DNA of 60,172 nucleotides, counting the filler. It is 7 parts of 7 records of this genome, joined end to end, with 100 filler letters (N's around TTAATTAATTAA, not from the genome) between each part and the next. Parts side by side here need not be neighbours in the genome. Positions count along the whole stretch, not along the records: positions 28,676 to 35,153 come from DRR723986_17936; positions 35,254 to 48,954 come from DRR723986_17938; 5 more parts are not named here. One strand, written 5' to 3'. The notes beneath the pieces are model-generated. The model ran no database searches, was not told the origin of the DNA, and saw only the letters and a program-made list of their open reading frames with translations. Position numbers and translations under genes: made by a program. Shown piece after piece: positions 28,576-37,746 of this stretch. Within the stretch, counting starts at the first letter, position 1. Every line of letters begins with the position of its first letter.

Positions 28576-28675
28576 NNNNNNNNNNNNNNNNNNNNNNNNN
28601 NNNNNNNNNNNNNNNNNNNTTAATTAATTAANNNNNNNNNNNNNNNNNNNNNNNNNNNNNNNNNNNNNNNNNNNN
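28576..28675. other. Artificial contig spacer
   Basis: N-run with TTAATTAATTAA. Confidence 0.98.
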
Positions 28676-29098
28676 ATAGCCGGTGCAGCGGCACAGGTTG
28701 CCCGCCAACCAATACCGGACCTCGGTTTCGGTGGGGTTCGGGTTCTTTTCCAGCAAAGATTTTGTTGCGACCAGAATGCCCGGTGTGCAAACGCCGCATT
28801 GCAGGGCGGCGTGTTCGATGAACTTTTTCTGCAGCGGGTGCAGTTCGTCACCGTTTGCGATACCTTCAATGGTGCCGATTTCCTGGCCTTCGGCCTCGAC
28901 GCCCAGCACGAGGCAGGAGCAGACCAGACGGCCATTCAGGGTGACGGAACACGCGCCGCAATCACCTGTGCCGCAGCCTTCTTTGGCGCCGGTCAGGTTT
29001 AGTTTGTCGCGCAGGGAATCCAGCAGTGTTTCGCGTGGATCGCAGAGGAATTCCATCTCGTCGCCGTTGACGGTGGTTGTGACGTGGACCTTGCTCAT
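28676..29098 (-). CDS. [2Fe-2S] small subunit, CoxS/xanthine-dehydrogenase family (3' truncated)
   Basis: TGAKEGCGTGDCGACSV, LQCGVCTPG, GNLCRCTGY. Confidence 0.93.
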
Positions 29099-29976
29099 GC
29101 GTGGGCTCCTTTCACGGTTTCGCCTTTTGCACGGGCATAGGCGATTTTGGCGGCGCGCTTGGCCAGAACGCCAGCGACCTCGGTGCGGAATTCGATGGTT
29201 CCGCGTTTGTCAGTGATCGGGTTGCAAGCCGCCGATGCGGCTGCGGCAAGCGCCTCCAGAGCGGCATCGTCCAGCGTTGTGCCGATGATCGCATTGGCGC
29301 AGTCTTGCACCAGCAGAACGGTTGGGGCGACGGCACCCAGAGACACGCGCGCCTCGGTGACGGTATCGCCATCCAAACGCAGGTTCACGGCACAGCCGAC
29401 AACCGCGATGTCCATTTCGGTACGCGGGATAAAGCGCAAATACGCATCACCTGCATGTTCGCCACGGGCCGGAATGTTCACCGCTGTCACCAACTCTCCC
29501 TTGGCGATCGAGGTGCGGCCTGGGCCGGTTGGGATGTCTTCTACTGCAACGGTGCGCGCACCTTCAGGGCCGGTGATCGAGACGGTTACGCCTGCGGCTA
29601 CCATACCCGGAACGCTGTCGGCTGCAGGAGAGCCGTTGCACAGGTTGCCGGTCAGCGTCGCGCGTCCCTGCACCTGAGTCGAGCCGACCAGATCCATGCC
29701 TTCGACCACACCGGGCCAGGCCGCAGACAGGTTGGCGTGTTCGGTCATTTCTGCGCCTGACACTGCGACGCCAAGCGTCCAGCTGCCATCGGCGTTTTGG
29801 GTGATGTCAGAAACGCCGTCGATCTTTTTGATATCGATCAGCGTATCGGGTGTAACGATGTCTGCGCGCAGCTGAACGAGTACGTCCGTTCCGCCGGCCA
29901 AGAATCGTGTCACGCCCGTAGCGGCTGTCGCCAAAGCAACAGCATCGTCAAAACTGGCTGGGGTATGATAGTCCAC
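29095..29976 (-). CDS. FAD-binding medium subunit, CoxM/xanthine-dehydrogenase family
   Basis: LAGGTD, QVQGRATLTGNLCNGSPAAD, PITDKRGTIEFR. GTG start with GGGAGG RBS. Confidence 0.92.
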   Translation of the reverse strand: MDYHTPASFDDAVALATAATGVTRFLAGGTDVLVQLRADIVTPDTLIDIKKIDGVSDITQNADGSWTLGVAVSGAEMTEHANLSAAWPGVVEGMDLVGSTQVQGRATLTGNLCNGSPAADSVPGMVAAGVTVSITGPEGARTVAVEDIPTGPGRTSIAKGELVTAVNIPARGEHAGDAYLRFIPRTEMDIAVVGCAVNLRLDGDTVTEARVSLGAVAPTVLLVQDCANAIIGTTLDDAALEALAAAASAACNPITDKRGTIEFRTEVAGVLAKRAAKIAYARAKGETVKGAHA

Positions 29977-30202
29977 GCAAATGCCTCCCACATGGATTTC
30001 GTGCACCCGGATCGGGCGTTGACCGAAAGTGTTAGAGCAGGAATTTGGCCGCGTCCATCATCCGTTTTCACAGATTTGCAAACTTATGTCGGGAATCGAC
30101 GCATTGTGCGCAAGGCGTGGGATCGTTAGTCCGCCCCGCAGCACGGTTTGCACGGGGCGGGCATGTGGTTTGGTCATGGACCCAACGGGGGAGGATTCGC
30201 GC

Positions 30203-31036
30203 TTACAGATCGCCGCGCAGGTTCCACAGCTCGGGGAACAGTTCCACCTCAAGCATGCGGCGCAGATATTGCACGCCGCTGGTGCCGCCGGTGCCGCGTT
30301 TAAAGCCGATCACCCGTTCAACCGTGGTGACATGGTTGAACCGCCATCGACGGAAGTAATCTTCGAGATCCACCAGCTTTTCGGCCAACTCATAAAGATC
30401 CCAGTATGTTTTAGGGTCTTGATAGACCATCACCCACGCGCGCTGCACCTCGGGATCGGCGGCGTGCGGGGCCTCCATCCGGTACGCCTCGGGCGCGAAG
30501 GTGACGCCGGTTTTGGCGGACAGCGCATCAAGGGCCACATGATAAAGCGATTTGGTCGCCAGTTCGTCCTTGAGCACCTGATGGGACTCGGGGCGGTGTT
30601 CGTGCACCTTAAGCATCGCAGGATTGCGATTGCCCAGAGAGAATTCAATCAGGCGATATTGGTGCGACTGAAAGCCAGAGGAATTGCCCAGCGCCTCGCG
30701 GAAGGTGGTGTAATCGCTGGGCGTCATGGTGCGCAAAACGTCCCACGCCGAATTCAACTGATCAAAGATACGCGCGACTCGGGCCAGCATCTTGAACGCG
30801 GGGCGGAAATCATCCCCTTTGAGCAATTCGCGTGCAGCTGCGATTTCGTGCAGGACAAGGCGCATCCACAACTCGGACGTTTGGTGTTGGATGATGAACA
30901 AGAGCTCGTCGTGCGCATCCGAGTGCAGCTCATGCGTGGCGAGCAGTTGCTCCATGTGTAGGTAATCGCCATAGCTCATGTCCTTGGCATAGGACATTTT
31001 GGCGCCGTCCTGACTGGGATCATAGGCATCGGTCAT
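30203..31036 (-). CDS. kynA: Tryptophan 2,3-dioxygenase
   Basis: SYGDYL, HDELLFIIQHQTSELW, SSGFQSHQYR, VERVIGFKRGTGGTSG. Confidence 0.96.
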   Translation of the reverse strand: MTDAYDPSQDGAKMSYAKDMSYGDYLHMEQLLATHELHSDAHDELLFIIQHQTSELWMRLVLHEIAAARELLKGDDFRPAFKMLARVARIFDQLNSAWDVLRTMTPSDYTTFREALGNSSGFQSHQYRLIEFSLGNRNPAMLKVHEHRPESHQVLKDELATKSLYHVALDALSAKTGVTFAPEAYRMEAPHAADPEVQRAWVMVYQDPKTYWDLYELAEKLVDLEDYFRRWRFNHVTTVERVIGFKRGTGGTSGVQYLRRMLEVELFPELWNLRGDL

Positions 31037-31040
31037 GGGG

Positions 31041-31814
31041 TTAATCCTTGAGCAATTCTGTAAGAAGAGGGGAACCCGGGCGGCTTACCGCCTCGACCAC
31101 GGAAAAGTGATCCTGATCGGGTTCAAACACATTGGGGCATTGCCATTTTTCCGCAATCAGGCGGGTCTGGCGGATCAGTTCGGGACGTTCCAGCGCGCCC
31201 ACCCAAAAGGTTGTATTGAGACCCTCGCGTTTGGGGTGCAAGACCGGGCTTTGCGCCTCGGCCTCAGCCGCGTCCAGATGCAGGGTGTCGTTCATTTTTG
31301 TGCCCAGCAGAGGGCGCAGGTCGTGGATACCGCTGACAGACACAACCTTGTCCAGCCGATCCTGTAGCGGGCCATCGGTACAGGCCATGCGGGAAACGAG
31401 GTGCCCCCCTGCCGAATGCCCGACCATGCGGACCGGACCCGCGACGTGAGTCGCGGCCTCAGTCACAGCAGCGGCAATTTCGGTGACCATCTGGCCCAGA
31501 CGGGCCTTGGGCGCGAGGGTGTAGCTGGGGATCGCCAACGCCCAGCCGTGTGACAGGGGACCGGCGGCAAAATGGGACCAAAAGCTTTTGTCCAGCATCT
31601 GCCAGTAGCCGCCATGGACAAAGACAACCAACCCTTTGGGCGTACCTTTGGGACGGAACAGATCAAAGCGATTACGCGCCTCTGCCCCATACGGCAGATC
31701 CAGCTCACCCGCTGTGGCGCGATAGGCCGCAGCCTGTCCGCCCCATTTGTCAGCCAGTTGATCAGACCCCGGCACATAGCTGGAATTGTCAAAGGCATCA
31801 TCCCAATCGATCAT
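31041..31814 (-). CDS. Alpha/beta hydrolase, probable arylformamidase (kynurenine formamidase, AFMID-type)
   Basis: FVHGGYW, GHSAGGHL nucleophile elbow, DHFS. Directly upstream of kynA. Confidence 0.8.
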   Translation of the reverse strand: MIDWDDAFDNSSYVPGSDQLADKWGGQAAAYRATAGELDLPYGAEARNRFDLFRPKGTPKGLVVFVHGGYWQMLDKSFWSHFAAGPLSHGWALAIPSYTLAPKARLGQMVTEIAAAVTEAATHVAGPVRMVGHSAGGHLVSRMACTDGPLQDRLDKVVSVSGIHDLRPLLGTKMNDTLHLDAAEAEAQSPVLHPKREGLNTTFWVGALERPELIRQTRLIAEKWQCPNVFEPDQDHFSVVEAVSRPGSPLLTELLKD

Positions 31815-31850
31815 GCGATCCTCCATCTGTTGGGAACAGCCTATGGTCCC

Positions 31851-31898
31851 CTTGTATTTATTTCAAGCTTAAAGGTTTAGGCTTGAAATAAATACAAG
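31851..31898. promoter_or_regulatory. Long inverted repeat, candidate MarR operator pair
   Basis: CTTGTATTTATTTCAAGC-N12-GCTTGAAATAAATACAAG in the divergent promoter region. Confidence 0.65.
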
Positions 31899-31946
31899 CC
31901 TGCGTATCCTCTGATCTCAACAACACCGGTTTGAGGGAGAGAATCG

Positions 31947-34241
31947 ATGCGCGTTGCATGTTTGGGCGGAGGGCCTGCAGGCCTCTATTTTGCGATTTCA
32001 ATGAAACTGCGTGATCCCTCGCATGAGGTCACGGTGATCGAACGCAACAAGGGCGATGATACCTTTGGTTGGGGTGTGGTGCTGAGCGATGACGCCTTGG
32101 GCAACCTGTCGGTGAATGACCCAAAAAGCGCCGAGATGATCCGCGAAAATTTCGCCTATTGGGATGATATTGCTGTTGTCCATGATGGCGTGCGCACCGT
32201 GTCGGGTGGCCATGGGTTTGCCGGAATCGGGCGCAAGAAAATGCTGCTGATCCTGCAAGAGCGGGCGCGGGAACTGGGTGTCGATCTGCAGTACGAGACC
32301 GAAGCCCGCCCTGTCGCCGAGTATCAGGCCGAATATGATCTGGTGGTGGCCTGTGACGGGTTGAATTCACGGGTCCGCACCGATCTGGCGGAGCATTTCA
32401 AGCCCGACGTGGACACACGCGAGTGCAAGTTCATCTGGCTTGGCACAAAGCAGAAATTCGACGATGCGTTTACCTTTATCTTTGAAAAGACCGAACACGG
32501 TTGGGTCTGGGTGCACGCCTATCAATTCGATGATGAAACAGCGACTGTCATCGTGGAATGCAGCCAAGAGACATGGGATGCCTTTGGCTTTGAGCATATG
32601 TCCAAAGAGGACAACATCGCCACCTGCGAGCGCATCTTTGCGGATCATCTGGATGGCCATGCGCTGATTTCCAACGCAACGCATTTGCGCGGGTCTGCAG
32701 TCTGGATCAACTTCCCTCGCGTGCTGTGTGAGAAATGGCACCACGAGAATGTGGTTCTGATGGGGGATGCGGCAGCGACGGCGCATTTCTCGATCGGGTC
32801 CGGGTCACGTCTGGCCTTTGACAGCGCGATCTCATTGGCGACATTCCTGCATTCGGAACCTAACTTAGAACAGGCTTTTGTCCGCTATCAGGACGAACGC
32901 CGTTTGGACGTGCTGCGTCTGCAATCGGCAGCGCGCAATTCGCTAGAATGGTTTGAGCAGGTCGAACGGTATCTGGATATGGATCCGGTGCAGTTCAATT
33001 ATTCGCTTTTGACCCGATCCCAGCGCATTAGTCATGAGAATTTGCGCTTGCGGGATGCAAAGTGGCTAAAGTCAGCCGAAGGTTGGTTCCAGACCCGTTC
33101 GGGTGGTGCGTCAGATCCTGTCCGTGCCCCGATGTTTGCACCCTATCAACTGCGGGACATGGCGTTGCAGAACCGGATCGTTGTGTCCCCCATGGCGCAG
33201 TACAAAGCCGAAAACGGCACCCCAACCGACTGGCATCTGGTGCATTACGGCGAGCGCGCCAAAGGCGGTGCGGGTCTGGTCTATACCGAAATGACCTGTG
33301 TTTCCGCCGAGGGTCGGATCACACCGGGCTGTCCGGGGCTCTATGCGCCGGAACACGAGGCAGAGTGGACGCGTCTGACAAATTTTGTGCATCAGCATTC
33401 GAATGCAAAGATCTGTTGTCAGATCGGACATTCCGGGCGCAAGGGTTCAACCCAAGTAGGGTGGGAAATCATGGATGCCCCCCTAAAAGACGGCAATTGG
33501 GAGCTGATGTCAGCCTCGGCCCTGCCGTGGGCGGATGCGAACCAGACCCCGCGGGAAATGACCCGTGCGGATATGGATGCAGTGCGGGATCAATTTGTGG
33601 CGGCGGCCGAGATGGCCGGGCGCGCCGGATTTGACATGATCGAGCTGCACGCGGCGCACGGCTATCTGGTGTCGTCGTTCATCTCGCCGGTGTCAAACGT
33701 GCGCAATGATGACTACGGCGGATCACTCGAAAACCGGATGCGATACCCGCTGGAGGTGTTTGCAGCCATGCGCGCGGTCTGGCCTGCAGCCAAGCCGATG
33801 TCGGTGCGGATCTCGGCCAATGATTGGATGGGCGACGACGGTGTCACCCCGGAAGAGGCCGTCCAGATCGCGGCGATGTTCCGCGATGCGGGGGCCGATA
33901 TCATTGACGTATCCGCCGGGCAGACCACCACCCAAGGGCAGCCGGTTTATGGCCGCATGTTCCAGACACCCTTTTCGGACCGTATCCGCAATGAGGCAGG
34001 CATTGCCACCATGGCCGTTGGCAACATCTATGAAGCCGATCACGCCAATTCTATCCTGATGGCGGGGCGCGCCGATCTGATCTGTGTCGGACGTCCGCAT
34101 CTGGCAGACCCCTATTGGACATTGCACGAAGCGGCGCGCATTGGAGATCGGGCCGCCGATTGGCCCCTGCCCTATCTGGCTGGGCGCGATCAGGCCTGGC
34201 GTCTGGCCGACCGCGAAGCCGAGGCGGAGATCCGGGCGTGA
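31947..34241 (+). CDS. abmA: Anthraniloyl-CoA monooxygenase/reductase (salicylyl-CoA 5-hydroxylase family)
   Basis: N-terminal FAD monooxygenase ([31 protein letters not shown]) fused to an OYE-type oxidoreductase ([17 protein letters not shown]). Confidence 0.9.
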   Translation: MRVACLGGGPAGLYFAISMKLRDPSHEVTVIERNKGDDTFGWGVVLSDDALGNLSVNDPKSAEMIRENFAYWDDIAVVHDGVRTVSGGHGFAGIGRKKMLLILQERARELGVDLQYETEARPVAEYQAEYDLVVACDGLNSRVRTDLAEHFKPDVDTRECKFIWLGTKQKFDDAFTFIFEKTEHGWVWVHAYQFDDETATVIVECSQETWDAFGFEHMSKEDNIATCERIFADHLDGHALISNATHLRGSAVWINFPRVLCEKWHHENVVLMGDAAATAHFSIGSGSRLAFDSAISLATFLHSEPNLEQAFVRYQDERRLDVLRLQSAARNSLEWFEQVERYLDMDPVQFNYSLLTRSQRISHENLRLRDAKWLKSAEGWFQTRSGGASDPVRAPMFAPYQLRDMALQNRIVVSPMAQYKAENGTPTDWHLVHYGERAKGGAGLVYTEMTCVSAEGRITPGCPGLYAPEHEAEWTRLTNFVHQHSNAKICCQIGHSGRKGSTQVGWEIMDAPLKDGNWELMSASALPWADANQTPREMTRADMDAVRDQFVAAAEMAGRAGFDMIELHAAHGYLVSSFISPVSNVRNDDYGGSLENRMRYPLEVFAAMRAVWPAAKPMSVRISANDWMGDDGVTPEEAVQIAAMFRDAGADIIDVSAGQTTTQGQPVYGRMFQTPFSDRIRNEAGIATMAVGNIYEADHANSILMAGRADLICVGRPHLADPYWTLHEAARIGDRAADWPLPYLAGRDQAWRLADREAEAEIRA

Positions 34242-34996
34242 GTGTCGACGGCAAACATGTGGTAATCACCGGTGGCGGCAGTGGCGTTGGGGCCGACATG
34301 GCCGAGGTCATGGCCCATGCCGGGGCCAAGGTCACGATCATGGGACGCCGCGAAGACCCGTTGAAGCAGGTGGCCAAACAGCACAAATTTATCGGTTGGG
34401 TCACCTGTGACGTGACCGATGCCGACGCCGTCAAAGACGCCTTTCGCCAAGCCCGTGGGCTGAATGGCCCCGTCGATGTGGTGATCGCCAACGCAGGCGC
34501 GGCAGAAAGCATGCCTTTTGCCAAAATGACCGCCGATGATCTAACCGCGATGCTGTCGGTCAACTTGATGGGCGTGGTGAACACATGGCAGGCGGCGCTG
34601 CCGGATATGAAATCCAACGATTGGGGCCGGATGATCGCCGTGGCCTCGACCGCGGGCCTAAAAGGATACCCCTATGTGTCTGGCTATGTAGCGGCCAAGC
34701 ATGGGGTGGTGGGGCTGACCCGCGCCTTGGCCCTGGAACTGGGCGCAAGTGGCATCACTGTGAATGCGATCTGTCCGGGGTTCATCGAGACCCCCTTGCT
34801 GGACCGCTCAATCCAGAACATCGTGGACAAAACCGGCATGAGCCCGGAACAGGCCGCCAAGTCGCTGTACAAGAACAACCCGCAGAAACGGTTCATTCAA
34901 ACGGACGAAGTGGCGGGCACTGCGTTGTGGCTCTGTTCTGATGCGGCGCGCTCAGTCAATGGCCACACTCTGACCCTATCCGGAGGCGAAATATGA
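34238..34996 (+). CDS. SDR-family NAD(P)-dependent oxidoreductase
   Basis: [19 protein letters not shown] start overlaps the upstream TGA. Confidence 0.92.
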   Translation: MSVDGKHVVITGGGSGVGADMAEVMAHAGAKVTIMGRREDPLKQVAKQHKFIGWVTCDVTDADAVKDAFRQARGLNGPVDVVIANAGAAESMPFAKMTADDLTAMLSVNLMGVVNTWQAALPDMKSNDWGRMIAVASTAGLKGYPYVSGYVAAKHGVVGLTRALALELGASGITVNAICPGFIETPLLDRSIQNIVDKTGMSPEQAAKSLYKNNPQKRFIQTDEVAGTALWLCSDAARSVNGHTLTLSGGEI

Positions 34997-35153
34997 CATC
35001 CGCTGACCCTACCCCCCTGTCTGAACCGACCAGCAAAACGCGGCTGCGTCTGTGGCTGAAACTGCTCAAGGCGACCCGGCTGGTTGAAGCTGACCTGCGC
35101 GAAAACCTGCGAACCGAATTTGGCACCACCCTGCCCCGGTTCGATGTGATGGC
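34993..35153 (+). CDS. MarR-family regulator (3' truncated)
   Basis: RLRLWLKLLK..LRENLRTEFGTTLPRFDVM, typical of the abm-cluster MarR. Confidence 0.8.
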
Positions 35154-35253
35154 NNNNNNNNNNNNNNNNNNNNNNNNNNNNNNNNNNNNNNNNNNNNTTA
35201 ATTAATTAANNNNNNNNNNNNNNNNNNNNNNNNNNNNNNNNNNNNNNNNNNNN
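35154..35253. other. Artificial contig spacer
   Basis: N-run with TTAATTAATTAA. Confidence 0.98.
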
Positions 35254-35282
35254 CCGCAGCTTTGTAAGGGGGCGCAGCGCTC
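35254..35282. repeat. Partial alpha-type structured repeat at contig start
   Basis: GGGGCGCAGCGCTC is the reverse complement of GAGCGCTGCGCCCC at 14050. Confidence 0.65.
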
Positions 35283-35309
35283 AAGACGGCAGGCGTTTAA
35301 CACAGACCG

Positions 35310-36188
35310 CTAGAGTTTAAGCACTACACCAACTTTAAATGCGTCGGTTGCCAGGGGAGCCTCGCCGCCAAAGGGCCAGTTCATTTCTTCCTGACGGAGT
35401 TCGTACCAGGCGTAGGAAAGGCTGTTTTTAAGGACAAATGAGACGATTGGAACCCAGTCCGGGTTGGAGTCCATGATGTCTAAAACAAAACTGTCGACCA
35501 TTTCCTGTGTGCTGTATTCGAGGATGGCGCTACCGGCCCATTTCCAGAACTTGTGACGACGGAAAATGACGGAACGTTCGAAGCGCGCTTCAAGGGCGAG
35601 TGTAGGAAGAATGTCGGCCTGGATACCGCCTTCAAAACGGGAGCCGAAGTGGATGCCTTCGGTAAACACGCGAATTTCGGAGGCGCGTTCGAGGGATTCC
35701 AGGGGCGCGTCGAGCGGTGTGGAGACCAGGTTAATATTACTCCAGCTAATAGAGCTTCCGTTGTAGAAAATGAGGTCCTGATTTTCGCCAAGTTTATAAC
35801 CGAGGCCGTGACGGCTGGTTGGCCCAAAACGCCAGGATTCGAATTCGAGCGCGTCGTTGGCTATGTTGGGGCCAAATTCGGTTGAGATATAGTTTGCAGC
35901 AAATCCATCATAAAACTGAAACGCAATATTAGGCGCTTTATCGAGGTAGGCCGTGCGTGTAAAACCCAGTTGGAACTCAACCATTCCGGCGTCGGCTGGC
36001 TGAATGTTAATACCCTCGGCGTTAAATGCCGCGGAGCCATAGGTGAACAACATCGAAGGTTTGCGCAGGCTAAATTCGTCGAAGGGGCCTTCGTAATCAA
36101 AATGGCGGTCGGAATTATCGGCTGCGGCAAGCGGCGCCGTGCTGAGAATTACGAGAAGTGTTAAAGACAAGAGGGTAGAGAGTTGCAT
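35310..36188 (-). CDS. Hypothetical exported, probable outer-membrane beta-barrel protein
   Basis: Signal peptide MQLSTLLSL..LAAA, amphipathic strands, terminal FKVGVVLKL. Confidence 0.65.
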   Translation of the reverse strand: MQLSTLLSLTLLVILSTAPLAAADNSDRHFDYEGPFDEFSLRKPSMLFTYGSAAFNAEGINIQPADAGMVEFQLGFTRTAYLDKAPNIAFQFYDGFAANYISTEFGPNIANDALEFESWRFGPTSRHGLGYKLGENQDLIFYNGSSISWSNINLVSTPLDAPLESLERASEIRVFTEGIHFGSRFEGGIQADILPTLALEARFERSVIFRRHKFWKWAGSAILEYSTQEMVDSFVLDIMDSNPDWVPIVSFVLKNSLSYAWYELRQEEMNWPFGGEAPLATDAFKVGVVLKL

Positions 36189-36317
36189 ACAAATACTCCA
36201 GAAAGGTGTGGGGCGTAGCGGCGCCGAGCTTTTACGGCTGAAGCCGCTACGTGTACCTGCAATGTTAATAATTGGATCCGGAGAAATCCATGCCAGATTC
36301 ACAAGCTGCGCGTGTGG

Positions 36318-37352
36318 TTACATGGATTGCCGGTGATTATCGATGAGCGACTGTGTGCCGCCGTAGAGCACATCGATGATGCCGTCTTTAGAAAGGAAGT
36401 CGTGCGGGAAACCAAGTTCGATGGCGCTGACGTCATTGAGGCGCTGCATATGCTCATCCGTGAGATTGTGGTCGAGGGATTTGAGGTTATCGCGTACCTG
36501 TGCCTCCGTTCGTGCACCGATTAGCGGTAGTAGCAGGCCCGGACGCTGCCGCACCCAGTTGATGGCCACATGTGCCGGGTTGCAGCCGATTTCCGCAGCG
36601 ATGTCTACTACGGTTTGTGCAATGCTGAAGTTGCGGTCGCTGAGGCGATAGCTGTCTTCCGGCAGGCGTCCTGCGCGGTCCTGTTTGTTTTGGTACTTGC
36701 CGGTGAGCACACCACCACCCAACACGGACCAGGCTGTGACGGCCATATCGAATTCGCGTGCCATGGGCAGCAGGTCGCGTTCGGGAGTGCGCTGCACCAG
36801 GCTGTAGTCGATCTGGAGGCCAACAAACTGCGTCCAGCCGCGCAGTTCGGCGAGGGTGTTGCAGCGCGAGACGATCCAGGCGGGAGTGTCGGAGATGCCG
36901 ATGTAGTGGACCTTGCCGGCGCGAACCATATCGTCCAGTGCGCGCATAACTTCGTCGACCGGTGTGGTAAAGTCCCAGGCGTGCAGCCAGTAGACGTCGA
37001 TGTATTCCGTGTCGAGGCGTTTGAGGCTGGCGTCGAGCGCCTGGACCATGTTTTTGCGGTGGTTGCCATTGCTGTTGACTTCATCGCGGCGCGTATGCAG
37101 TGAGTATTTGGTGGCGACTACAAAACGTTCGCGGTCTGCGCGGATGCATTCACCAAGGTAACGTTCGCTGGTACCTTCGGTGTAGCGATTGGCGGTGTCA
37201 ATGAAGTTGCCGCCGGCTTCGGCGAAGGCATCAAAGATGCGTCGGCTTTCGGCCAGATCGGCACCCCAGCCCCATTCTTCACCAAATGTCATGGTGCCGA
37301 GGCACATTTCAGAGACACGCAGGCCGCTGCGGCCAAAGAGTTTGTAACGCAT
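36318..37352 (-). CDS. Aldo/keto reductase
   Basis: SGLRVSEMCLGTMTFG, FIDTANRY, VATK, YWLHAWD, GKVHYIGISD. Confidence 0.93.
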   Translation of the reverse strand: MRYKLFGRSGLRVSEMCLGTMTFGEEWGWGADLAESRRIFDAFAEAGGNFIDTANRYTEGTSERYLGECIRADRERFVVATKYSLHTRRDEVNSNGNHRKNMVQALDASLKRLDTEYIDVYWLHAWDFTTPVDEVMRALDDMVRAGKVHYIGISDTPAWIVSRCNTLAELRGWTQFVGLQIDYSLVQRTPERDLLPMAREFDMAVTAWSVLGGGVLTGKYQNKQDRAGRLPEDSYRLSDRNFSIAQTVVDIAAEIGCNPAHVAINWVRQRPGLLLPLIGARTEAQVRDNLKSLDHNLTDEHMQRLNDVSAIELGFPHDFLSKDGIIDVLYGGTQSLIDNHRQSM

Positions 37353-37746
37353 AACAGGTTTTCCTTTCCAGGGATTGAGTTTGTCAAACCAGAGTCCAGG
37401 CTTGTTGAAGCGGTGCCGCGCGGCCCAGGGTTCTATCGCCGCCGCCACGACATGCATGCCTCAAGGCGGGCATGGTCCAGCAAGATTGGCGGACTGAATT
37501 ACTTTGGGTGACGACTCATATTTAAAATTGCGGTAGTAAATCGCGTTGTACATTTGAAGAGCAGAAATGCCTGGATGTGGGATTCGTCGCAGGGGCAGGT
37601 CTGACAGGGCGCAGAATTGAATATTTATGCAGAGAAACACACAAAAAAGACTAAGCGGCTGACCAGCGCTGGTGGCTGCAGATTCAAAAGATCCATCACT
37701 GTTTGGATGGTTCACCCCTTACGGTAGCAGAATTCAGGAGAATTGC

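Noticed and set aside
28676-29976. Calling the two genes aerobic CO dehydrogenase coxMS
   Set aside because: The large subunit with the diagnostic active-site motif is beyond the gap. Only the molybdenum-hydroxylase family can be supported.
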